Below, piece after piece: positions 7,508-15,024 of a DNA stretch of 32,000 nucleotides. Origin of the DNA: Erysipelotrichaceae bacterium MTC7. GTDB lineage: Bacteria; Bacillota_I; Bacilli_A; Erysipelotrichales; Erysipelotrichaceae. The position numbers and the translations under genes were made by a program. The stretch covers positions 49,992 to 81,991 of the forward strand of contig LVZN01000003.1 in NCBI GenBank assembly GCA_001695645.1, written 5' to 3'. Under the pieces are notes generated by a model that searched no databases, was not told where the DNA came from, and saw only the letters and a list, made by a program, of their open reading frames with translations. Each line of letters starts with the position of its first letter. The first letter of the stretch is position 1.

Positions 7508-9473
7508 TACATACACTCCGGATATCAATGGGGTCGTTAGTAGTGTTGTCACGCTTAAAGCGGGTTTGGAACAATTGGGACACGAAGTGTACATCATTAC
7601 CTCACACAAAGGATTTACCCCAGATACAAGTGAGAAAAACGTGTATCGGTTACCTGGTTTAGAAATCAAGAAACTTTATGGTTATAAATTAGGGACACCA
7701 TATAGTCGTGCCGTTCGTGATGAAATCGCATCACTTGGTTTGGATGTGATTCACGTCCAACAAGAATTTACTGTGAGTATTTTCGGTCGTATTGTGGCAC
7801 ATCAATTACAAATACCAGTTGTGTATACCTACCATACGATGTATGAAGACTATACGCACTACGTCAATCGCTTCAACTTAAAAGGCGTAGATGAAGTAAC
7901 AAAACGTTTACTTTCTGGAGCGGTACGCTACTTGGGTGATTCGGTTGGTGCAGTGATTGCCCCAAGTATGAAAACCGAAGAGGCACTGCTGCGCTATGGG
8001 GTAAGTCGCCCCATCCACATCATTCCCACAGGAATTGATTTGGACGCATTTAAAAAAGAACATATCGACAAACAAGTCGTGAATGATTTGCGGAAGCAAT
8101 ACGGACTGGATGAACAAACCAAACTGATTTCCTACATTGGTCGCGTTGCGCAAGAAAAAGACATCGACATGATTGTTGAAGGATTTCAATACGTAAGTGA
8201 CCCACAAATAAAAATGATGATTGTTGGTGGTGGACCAAGTTTTGATGATTTGAAAAAACAAGCTGCGAAATTGCATCTAGAAAATCGTATCATTTTCACC
8301 GATAAGCAACCAAGCAATATGATGCCAAGTTATTATGCATTAGCAGACGCATTTGTTTCGCCATCGCTAAGTGAAACACAAGGGATGACCTTTATTGAAG
8401 CTCTTGCTTCTGGGCTTCCGGTATTTGCACGTCATGATGAAGTGTTAGACGAATTGGTCTATGAAAATAAAACAGGATTTTATTTTGCCGATGAAAAAGA
8501 GTTCGCACAAAAAGTAGACAGCTTTTTTGCTTTAGAAAAAGCGGAGCGTGAAGCATATGAGCGTGCTTGCCAACAAGTGGTTGAAAAGTATGACGTAGAA
8601 AAGTTTGCCAAAAGCGTGGAAGGTGTCTATAAAGAAGTGATTCGTGATTATGCAGAAAGCTATAGCATTGAAAGCGTACGAACAAGTGATGATTGTATGC
8701 GATTGCGATTAATTAATGAAAAATCAGATGATGATGAAACCTTACTGGTTTCTTTGGATGACTATGTAACTTTCCAATTGCGTAAAGATGGGTTTATCGA
8801 ATATTCACTTTTCTTAATGTTGAAAAAGAAAGAGAAGATGTTATTGGCATACCGAATGTGCTTGCGCAAAATTCGAGTCAAAGACCGTACCCGTAAAGAA
8901 ATTTACGATCTACTTGTGAATGATGAAGATCCATTAAGTATAGATCAAATCAACAAATTGGTCGAAACATTGGAAAATAAAGGATACATTAACGATGAAG
9001 TGTATACATTGATGTACGTTGAACGTAATGGTAGTGCCTTAAGTAAGAAAAAGTTAGTTCGCCAATTGCGCGCAAAGGGAATACCTTATGACATGATTGA
9101 TCAACATCTACAAACGATCACAGAAGAAGATGAACTAGCAAAAGCTAAAGTTCTTGCTAGAAAGTATCAAGATGGAATTCGTAATCGTTCCCTAAAAGAG
9201 AAAAAAGACATGATCAAAAACAAATTGATCAAAAATGGTTTCACCTTTACACAAGCAAATGAAGTAGTTGAACAATTGGACTTTGCCGAAGATGAATTGA
9301 AAGAAAACGTTGCACTGAGTAGCGCTTATGAAAAAGCATTGCGTACCTACAGTCGTAAATACAGTGAAAAAGAACTCGTCAATCGAATCATTCAATATTT
9401 ACTTAGAAAAGGATTCAATTATGATGATATACTTAGAGAATTAGAAAAGAGGGAATTACATGGCTCTGAATGA
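7485..9473 (+). CDS. GT4 glycosyltransferase (monoglycosyl-DAG-synthase-like) fused in frame to a full RecX-like module
   Basis: 662-aa uninterrupted ORF, SD AGGAGG 7473-7478. Residues 1 to about 390 are GT4 (MKIAIFTDTYTPDINGV, E-x7-E in SLSETQGMTFIEALAS). Residues about 393-662 are collinear with Bacillus-type RecX/YfhG. They carry repeated helical units: RKEIYDLLVN, LVETLENKGYINDEVY, LVRQLRAKGIPYDMI, IKNKLIKNGFTFTQA, IIQYLLRKGFNYDDI. Confidence 0.8.
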   Translation: MKIAIFTDTYTPDINGVVSSVVTLKAGLEQLGHEVYIITSHKGFTPDTSEKNVYRLPGLEIKKLYGYKLGTPYSRAVRDEIASLGLDVIHVQQEFTVSIFGRIVAHQLQIPVVYTYHTMYEDYTHYVNRFNLKGVDEVTKRLLSGAVRYLGDSVGAVIAPSMKTEEALLRYGVSRPIHIIPTGIDLDAFKKEHIDKQVVNDLRKQYGLDEQTKLISYIGRVAQEKDIDMIVEGFQYVSDPQIKMMIVGGGPSFDDLKKQAAKLHLENRIIFTDKQPSNMMPSYYALADAFVSPSLSETQGMTFIEALASGLPVFARHDEVLDELVYENKTGFYFADEKEFAQKVDSFFALEKAEREAYERACQQVVEKYDVEKFAKSVEGVYKEVIRDYAESYSIESVRTSDDCMRLRLINEKSDDDETLLVSLDDYVTFQLRKDGFIEYSLFLMLKKKEKMLLAYRMCLRKIRVKDRTRKEIYDLLVNDEDPLSIDQINKLVETLENKGYINDEVYTLMYVERNGSALSKKKLVRQLRAKGIPYDMIDQHLQTITEEDELAKAKVLARKYQDGIRNRSLKEKKDMIKNKLIKNGFTFTQANEVVEQLDFAEDELKENVALSSAYEKALRTYSRKYSEKELVNRIIQYLLRKGFNYDDILRELEKRELHGSE

Positions 9474-10410
9474 TAAAAAGATAAAAGATTTAAGAAGTGG
9501 TGATCGTGTAGAAATCAAGTTGTTGATTTTTCAAGTAAACAAAGGGGTCACAAATAAAGGTGCCCCTTACTTGTCATTTCAACTACAAGATAGCACTGGG
9601 GATATGGATGCGAAGTATTGGAATGTAAGTGAAGCAGAACTTGAAGCTTATAAACCAGGCATGATTTGTAAGTTTAAAGCAGATATTTTACTTCACAACA
9701 ACCAACTGCAAATCCGGATTGCATCGATTGAAATCTTAGATCAACAAAAGGAAGATATTAGCGATTATGTTCGTGCAAGTCGTTATACTGCCCAAGAATT
9801 AAAGTATAAAGTCCAAACCTATATTGAGGATCTTACAAACCCTGTCTACCGCAAGGTTGTCAAAGGCTTACTTGATGCATGTGAAGATGATTTTTACATC
9901 TATCCTGCAGCTAGTAAAAATCACCATAACTTTGTAGGTGGTTTGGCAACACATGTACTTGGGATGCTAGAACTTGGTAAGTTTCTATGTGGACAATACC
10001 CACTGCTGGATGCTGATTTGTTGATGAGTGGAATTTTAATGCATGACATTGGAAAAATTGTTGAGTTAAGTGGACCGGTTATTATTGAATATACAACCGA
10101 AGGAAAACTACTTGGACATATTTCGATTATGCAAGCAAAGATCTATGAAATCGCGCGTCGTTTAGAAGTTGACCAAACCGAAGAAGTTACCTTGTTACGA
10201 CACATGGTGTTAAGTCACCACGGTGCGTATGAGTTTGGTTCACCAGTCTTACCGATGATTCCAGAAGCGGAAATCTTATGTATGGTTGATAACATTGATG
10301 CAAAAATGAATACGATGGAAAAGGCGTTGGATCGCGTAGAACCAGGAACATTTACTCCTCGTGTTTTTGCGATGGAAAACCGCCAACTGTACAAAGCGAA
10401 AAATAAATAA
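9460..10410 (+). CDS. yhaM: 3'-5' exoribonuclease YhaM (OB-fold + HD domain)
   Basis: 316 aa. N-terminal OB-fold (VEIKLLIFQVNKGVTNKGAPYLSFQLQDSTGDMDAKYWNV) followed by an HD phosphohydrolase domain (HHNFVGGLATH, LMHDIGK, SHHG). Overlaps the upstream gene by 14 nt. Confidence 0.85.
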   Translation: MALNDKKIKDLRSGDRVEIKLLIFQVNKGVTNKGAPYLSFQLQDSTGDMDAKYWNVSEAELEAYKPGMICKFKADILLHNNQLQIRIASIEILDQQKEDISDYVRASRYTAQELKYKVQTYIEDLTNPVYRKVVKGLLDACEDDFYIYPAASKNHHNFVGGLATHVLGMLELGKFLCGQYPLLDADLLMSGILMHDIGKIVELSGPVIIEYTTEGKLLGHISIMQAKIYEIARRLEVDQTEEVTLLRHMVLSHHGAYEFGSPVLPMIPEAEILCMVDNIDAKMNTMEKALDRVEPGTFTPRVFAMENRQLYKAKNK

Positions 10411-10422
10411 TGAAAAATAAGT

Positions 10423-10448
10423 GAAGATGCGATTTGCATCTTTTCTTT
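10423..10448 (+). terminator. Rho-independent terminator after yhaM
   Basis: AAGATGC (10424-10430), loop GATTT, GCATCTT (10436-10442), T-rich tail TTCTTT. Confidence 0.7.
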
Positions 10449-10449
10449 A

Positions 10450-10458
10450 TGTTATAAT
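10450..10458 (+). promoter_or_regulatory. Extended -10 promoter (TGtTATAAT) of the glycerate kinase gene
   Basis: TGTTATAAT at 10450-10458. Only 6 nt (ACTTTC, no SD) separate it from ATG 10465. Confidence 0.5.
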
Positions 10459-10464
10459 ACTTTC

Positions 10465-11598
10465 ATGAAAATAGTTGTCGCAATGGATTCATTCAAAGGA
10501 TGTATGAGTTCCGAACAAGCCAATCAAACCGTTAAAGATGCAATTGTGGATATTCAACATTCCCATCAAGTTGCATGTTTTACCATGGGTGATGGTGGTG
10601 AAGGAAGTGTAGATGCCTTTGTGAGTGCTTGTAACGGTCGTTATGTACAGGTGCAAGTGCGTGATGCTTATTTTCAAAACATTACAGCCAGTTATGGTTT
10701 AATTGATCAAGGTAAAACAGCAGTTATTGAAGTGGCAAGTGTGATTGGATTAAACATGCGTGATAGAGCCCAAAGAAAACCATTATATACAACCAGCTAT
10801 GGTGTTGGACAGTTGATGTTGGATGCAAAAGCTAAAGGTGTAAAAAAAATTATTCTAGCCTTAGGTGGAAGTTCAACCAATGATGGTGGTATGGGTATGT
10901 TAAACGCGTTGGGAGCAAAATTCTATAATTCCAACAATGAGTATTTAAAAAGCAATGCAAAATCACTTGGACAAGTTGAACGTATTGATTTACGTAAGTT
11001 TGATCAGCTGAAGGGTATTGATATCATTGCAGCTTGTGATGTTAAAAATACTTTGGTTGGAGAACATGGAGCAACGTATACGTTTGGTAAGCAAAAAGGT
11101 TTGTTTCCAAACCAAATAAAAAAAGTAGATAAAGATATGCAACATTATGCAAATATCTGGAGTCAAAAAGGTTACGATATTTCCAGTTTTGAAGGAAGTG
11201 GAGCAGCTGGTGGAATCGGTGGTGCTTTGGCACTCGTTGATGCACACTTTCAAAGTGGCTTTGAACTGTTACGCGTGCATACAAATCTTGATGAAATCAT
11301 CAAAACTTGCGATCTAGTGATTACTGGAGAAGGACAAAGTGATTATCAAACAATGTTTGGTAAAGTACCAGCTGGCGTTGTCGGTGTCGCAAACACCTAT
11401 CAAAAACCATGCCTGTGCATCAGTGGTGCATTAGGGAAAGACTATGAGAAATTATACGAACTGGGATTCATCGGTATATACAGTACTGCAGATAGAGCGA
11501 TGAGCTTTGCAGCGGCACTTGAACAAGCAAAAGAAAAGTTATATGCTTGTGTGTATAGCATTATGAAGACCATCGATTACTGGGAGGAAAAAAGATGA
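10465..11598 (+). CDS. glxK: Glycerate kinase
   Basis: 377 aa. N-terminus MKIVVAMDSFKGCMSS (DSFKG motif) and C-terminal LVITGEGQSDYQTMFGKVPAGV motif characteristic of the glycerate kinase family. Confidence 0.9.
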   Translation: MKIVVAMDSFKGCMSSEQANQTVKDAIVDIQHSHQVACFTMGDGGEGSVDAFVSACNGRYVQVQVRDAYFQNITASYGLIDQGKTAVIEVASVIGLNMRDRAQRKPLYTTSYGVGQLMLDAKAKGVKKIILALGGSSTNDGGMGMLNALGAKFYNSNNEYLKSNAKSLGQVERIDLRKFDQLKGIDIIAACDVKNTLVGEHGATYTFGKQKGLFPNQIKKVDKDMQHYANIWSQKGYDISSFEGSGAAGGIGGALALVDAHFQSGFELLRVHTNLDEIIKTCDLVITGEGQSDYQTMFGKVPAGVVGVANTYQKPCLCISGALGKDYEKLYELGFIGIYSTADRAMSFAAALEQAKEKLYACVYSIMKTIDYWEEKR

Positions 11599-12041
11599 AG
11601 AAATTATTAACAATCATAACTTGTATGTTACTTGTGGTAAGTGCATGTTCAAGTAATAAAGACTACGAACGTGATACAACACAAGGAAAAATAACAGAAA
11701 TTACATTTGAACAGCTAAGTGATCATTCCTTTGCGAAAGGGGATGCAATGGTTGTCTTGTCGCAAACGACTTGTTCACACTGTAAAATCTATAAAGAAGA
11801 TACCATTGTGCCATATTTATTGGAACACAATCTAACTGTATACGAATTAAACTTTACCAACGAACCTGATCCAGCTGCCTCTTGGGAAAAGGTTTCGAAG
11901 ATGTTGGAAGAAGGATTAGAAGGGACACCAACGACACTCATCGTGAATGGTGGAAAAGTAAAAGAAGTCATTGTGGGTGAACAATCACTTGAAGATTTTG
12001 ATGACATTGTCGTGGAATACCAATTAGACAAAAAGAAATAA
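11595..12041 (+). CDS. Thioredoxin-fold lipoprotein
   Basis: Signal peptide with lipobox (LLVVSAC), CxxC motif (TCSHCK) in a roughly 120-aa mature domain. ATGA start/stop overlap with glxK, SD GGGAGG. Confidence 0.7.
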   Translation: MKKLLTIITCMLLVVSACSSNKDYERDTTQGKITEITFEQLSDHSFAKGDAMVVLSQTTCSHCKIYKEDTIVPYLLEHNLTVYELNFTNEPDPAASWEKVSKMLEEGLEGTPTTLIVNGGKVKEVIVGEQSLEDFDDIVVEYQLDKKK

Positions 12042-12065
12042 TGAAACTATTTTCAAAAAAATGAA

Positions 12066-12100
12066 AAAAATGTCAAAAATGTAACTATTGACATTTTTTT
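12066..12100 (+). terminator. AT-rich hairpin / probable terminator
   Basis: AAAAATGTCAA (12066-12076) is the exact reverse complement of TTGACATTTTT (12088-12098), with an 11-nt loop and a T run continuing to 12100. The stem is AT-rich, hence modest confidence. Confidence 0.45.
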
Positions 12101-12144
12101 ATGTTAGAATGTACGTATATATTGTAAAAGGAAGAGCAAAACAT

Positions 12145-12534
12145 ATGATGAAAGAATTCGAAAATAGCGCATTGTTCTGGCAAAAACTGGATACCATTTA
12201 TTTGTCGAGCAAACTCGTTATACACCGTGCAAAAGATAGTGCACACCCAAAATACAGAAATCTGATTTATCCAGTTAATTACGGTATTTTGGAAGATACC
12301 GGTGGTGATGGACTTCGTGAAATCCGTGTGTTTAAAGGAAGTATGTCAAAAGGCATTCAAGGAATTATTGTTGGTGCTGATATACTGAAGCGGGATTGTG
12401 AAGCGAAAATTATCGTTGGTTGTACTGAGGAAGAAATTGAATCCATCTTAATGATGTTGAATCAAACAGAACACCAAAAGACAGTTCTCTTACGTAGAGG
12501 GAATGAAGTACCTGAATGGGCAAGTAACTCGTAG
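12145..12534 (+). CDS. Small conserved hypothetical protein with a pyrophosphatase-like YPxNYG...DG motif
   Basis: 129 aa from ATG 12145 (SD AAAGGAAGAG 12128-12137). HPKYRNLIYPVNYGILEDTGGDGLREIRV recalls the YPxNYG(F/Y)...DGD segment of family I inorganic pyrophosphatases, but the protein is much shorter. Function not assignable. Confidence 0.45.
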   Translation: MMKEFENSALFWQKLDTIYLSSKLVIHRAKDSAHPKYRNLIYPVNYGILEDTGGDGLREIRVFKGSMSKGIQGIIVGADILKRDCEAKIIVGCTEEEIESILMMLNQTEHQKTVLLRRGNEVPEWASNS

Positions 12535-12562
12535 TTACCAGCCCTTTTTCTTTTGCTTGCTG

Positions 12563-12571
12563 TGGTATAAT
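12563..12571 (+). promoter_or_regulatory. Extended -10 promoter (TGgTATAAT) of the YihY-family gene
   Basis: TGGTATAAT at 12563-12571. Exactly 6 nt (GATGAT) before ATG 12578, no SD. Confidence 0.45.
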
Positions 12572-12577
12572 GATGAT

Positions 12578-13411
12578 ATGAAACATGCGCTAATAAAATT
12601 TCGACAATTATGGAATGAGTTTGCAAGCTTCGAAGGAAGTCTTTTTCGTTATTCGCTCGCCTTTAGTTTGTTGCTGGCATTGCTACCAATCTTAATTGTT
12701 TTGGTGATGTTATTTAACCAAGGAGTATTGGATATCCAAGTATTGCTTAATTTCTTATATAGTTTTATACCGGAAACATTTATTGAAGGTTTTGTGGATT
12801 ACGTCATGGATCAAAACTATCCAAATATTATTTCCTTTATTGTTTCACTAGTTGCTGCATTGCATCTAGCAAGTCGCAGTGTCTATTCTTTTATGTTAAT
12901 CACAGCAGAAAAAGAAGGTGTTGAACTGCCAAAGTTTATCATCCGCATAAAAGCTTATTTGGTCTTTCTTGCCTTAATTGCGGTCGTCACTGGTGTAAGT
13001 TTTCTATCAGGAGTGATTGGATTTAGTTCGGATTGGGTATCCTTTTTATTGATGGTGTTGTTGTTTTACATTTTGTATCGTGTTTTAACTTTTGTAAAAC
13101 ATCCAATCTTATTTGGATTAGAAGGTGCGATAACAACCTCAATTGTGTTATTATTACTCAGTCGCTTATTTCTAACAATCATCAATTACTTTACTAGGTA
13201 TCAAAGTATTTATGGACCAATGGCAACTCTGATCATCAGTGTGATGGCCATCTATGTACTAGCTAGCGTGATTTATCTAGGATATTGCATCAATTTGGTT
13301 TTTGGTGAACGTTATGAGAAACAAGAATACAAACATCCGATGTTATATGACAAATTATTACAAGTTGAAACACAAATAAAGACAAAGATAAAAGGAATCG
13401 TAAAACGATGA
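12578..13411 (+). CDS. YihY/BrkB-family integral membrane protein
   Basis: 277 aa from ATG 12578. N-terminal FRQLWNEF...FRYSLAFSLLLALLPILIVLVML and about six hydrophobic helices typical of the YihY family. The track's earlier ATG (12503) overlaps the preceding gene and the promoter, so it was not used. Confidence 0.7.
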   Translation: MKHALIKFRQLWNEFASFEGSLFRYSLAFSLLLALLPILIVLVMLFNQGVLDIQVLLNFLYSFIPETFIEGFVDYVMDQNYPNIISFIVSLVAALHLASRSVYSFMLITAEKEGVELPKFIIRIKAYLVFLALIAVVTGVSFLSGVIGFSSDWVSFLLMVLLFYILYRVLTFVKHPILFGLEGAITTSIVLLLLSRLFLTIINYFTRYQSIYGPMATLIISVMAIYVLASVIYLGYCINLVFGERYEKQEYKHPMLYDKLLQVETQIKTKIKGIVKR

Positions 13412-14724
13412 AAACAACAATTAAAAAAATTGGTATCAATGGAGAAGGAATTGCTTTTGAAAAGAAAAAACCAATCTTTATTCCCTATACGATGCCTGAA
13501 GAAGTCGTCGAATATCAAATCAGTGAACAGAAACAAAACTATAGTTTTGGTGAACTAAAGAAAGTATTGCGTCCAAGCCCTTTTCGCGTGCAACCAGAGT
13601 GTCGCAGCTTTAAAGAATGTGGAGCATGTACCTTTATGCAAGTTGCATATCCCAAACAATTGGAATACAAAAAGATGCTACTACAAGAAACATTAAGTAA
13701 GTATGCAAGCGTTGATCCTGCACTTGTCGATGATGTGATTGGTTCAACTAGTCCGCTACATTATCGCAATGCGTTAAAGTTACCATTCGGGATGAAAAAC
13801 GATACATTGGTGATAGGGATGTATGGTGCAAACTCCAATCGCTTCATACGAATTGATCACTGTATCATTCACCAAAAACGCTTAGATGCAATCAAACGTG
13901 AGATTGTTAAAATACTTAATGCACATCATCATAAAGCTTATGAAAATGCAAACAAGGATGGTCTGCGTTGTTTAGTGATGCGTATTTTAGAAAACAAGGT
14001 GCAAGTGACTATTATTGGTGGGAAACATGATATATCCAAAGAATGTATAGATCAAATCATGCATATCGAAGAAGTGGTTTCTTTGTATTTCAGCGAAAAT
14101 CGTACAAAGAAAACAACAAACATCTTTGGTAAGGAAATGATTCATTTAGGTGGAGTGAAATTTTTGAACTTCCATTTCAAAGATATTTATGCAACCTTAT
14201 CACCACGCAGTTTCTTTCAACTTAACACTGCACAAGCAAGTCGGCTCTATGATGTGGTGGTTGATGCAGTAGCTGATAATCAAGAGTGTATCGTTGAAGC
14301 GTATTGTGGGGTTGGAATGATGTCGCTTTTACTGGCGGGAAAGGCCAAAAAAGTCATTGGCATTGAAAGTATTCCAGAAGCGATTCAAAATGCCAAACGT
14401 AATGCGCAAAGAAATGATATTAAAAATACAAAGTTTATGGTTGGCGATGCGGGAATTGAGTTGGTAAAACTATCAGCAAAACAACCCATTGATACACTGG
14501 TTGTGGATCCTCCACGCAGTGGCTTAGATGAAATCATGTTAGACTGTATGATGAAAAGTGATATAAAGAATATTGTATATGTTTCATGCAATCCATCAAC
14601 ACTGGCAAAAAATCTTGCAGTATTGCAAGAAAAGTATGCGATCACAAAAATTACACCAGTTGATATGTTTAGCCAAACTGCACACGTTGAGACGGTAGTA
14701 TTGATGTCAAGGGTGGATAAGTAA
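13408..14724 (+). CDS. rlmD: 23S rRNA (uracil-C5)-methyltransferase, RumA/RlmD (RlmCD) family
   Basis: 438 aa. N-terminal TRAM-like domain and a Cx5Cx2C...C Fe-S pattern (CRSFKECGAC ... DHCIIH). SAM-binding motif EAYCGVGMMS, DPPRSG and VYVSCNPSTLAKN catalytic region. ATGA overlap with the upstream gene. Confidence 0.88.
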   Translation: MKTTIKKIGINGEGIAFEKKKPIFIPYTMPEEVVEYQISEQKQNYSFGELKKVLRPSPFRVQPECRSFKECGACTFMQVAYPKQLEYKKMLLQETLSKYASVDPALVDDVIGSTSPLHYRNALKLPFGMKNDTLVIGMYGANSNRFIRIDHCIIHQKRLDAIKREIVKILNAHHHKAYENANKDGLRCLVMRILENKVQVTIIGGKHDISKECIDQIMHIEEVVSLYFSENRTKKTTNIFGKEMIHLGGVKFLNFHFKDIYATLSPRSFFQLNTAQASRLYDVVVDAVADNQECIVEAYCGVGMMSLLLAGKAKKVIGIESIPEAIQNAKRNAQRNDIKNTKFMVGDAGIELVKLSAKQPIDTLVVDPPRSGLDEIMLDCMMKSDIKNIVYVSCNPSTLAKNLAVLQEKYAITKITPVDMFSQTAHVETVVLMSRVDK

Positions 14725-14754
14725 GCGTGTAATAAGATAAGTAAATAAAGGCTT

Positions 14755-14804
14755 TCCGTGATTTGAGATCTGGTTCTAAGCCGGAAGGATAATCACGGAT
14801 TTTT
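14755..14804 (+). terminator. Terminator-like hairpin after rlmD
   Basis: TCCGTGATT (14755-14763) is the reverse complement of AATCACGGA (14791-14799), followed by T5 (14800-14804). The loop is unusually large (27 nt). Confidence 0.6.
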
Positions 14805-14868
14805 GCTTTGAGGGAAGTTATCCAAGAATGATGAAATAAAAAAATATCAGCCGAAATAATTGTTGATG

Positions 14869-14912
14869 TGGTGAGTTGATAAGATGATTGGCAAAACAAT
14901 GGTGAGTTGATA
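14869..14912 (+). repeat. Two perfect 13-bp direct repeats TGGTGAGTTGATA
   Basis: Copies at 14869-14881 and 14900-14912, a 31-bp period, about 40 bp upstream of the island promoter. Confidence 0.8.
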
Positions 14913-14951
14913 GAATTGCTGTCAAAAAGTCAGAAAATATTTACACTTAAT

Positions 14952-14981
14952 ATTGACTGAGTCAATAAAATGAAGTATAAT
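14952..14981 (+). promoter_or_regulatory. Consensus-like promoter with a 15-bp palindromic operator over the -35 box
   Basis: TTGACT (14953-14958), 17-nt spacer, TATAAT (14976-14981). Perfect palindrome ATTGACT-G-AGTCAAT at 14952-14966. Confidence 0.6.
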
Positions 14982-15024
14982 GAATATTAAGTGGAATTAT
15001 AGCTCTGCACCAGGAGGTGAGAAC

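Noticed and set aside
8697-9473. The RecX-like region might be a separate gene starting at the internal ATG 8697.
   Set aside because: No stop separates it from the GT4 domain, no SD precedes 8697, and the RecX-like similarity begins upstream of that ATG (about nt 8661). Kept as a fusion, flagged for resequencing.
12088-12144. Track start (TTG 12088) for the small PPase-motif protein, and a possible promoter TTGACA 12088 with TAGAAT 12105.
   Set aside because: TTGACATTTTT is the 3' arm of the upstream hairpin. The TTGACA-to-TAGAAT spacer is only 11 nt, too short for a sigma-A promoter. ATG 12145 has the SD.
12503-12577. Track start (ATG 12503) for the YihY-family ORF.
   Set aside because: It overlaps the end of the previous gene and spans the TGGTATAAT box. 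The encoded 25 residues are not family-like. ATG 12578 was chosen, although an upstream start cannot be fully excluded without TSS data.
14669-14899. 76-aa minus-strand ORF spanning the rlmD 3' end and the junction region. It could have been an element-end gene.
   Set aside because: No SD. It overlaps the rlmD coding end and the terminator hairpin, and the sequence has no recognisable motif. Treated as spurious.
14980-15024. Track start (ATG 14980) for the XRE-family ORF.
   Set aside because: The ATG lies inside the TATAAT -10 hexamer, so it would not be on the transcript. TTG 15025 follows AGGAGG at ideal spacing.
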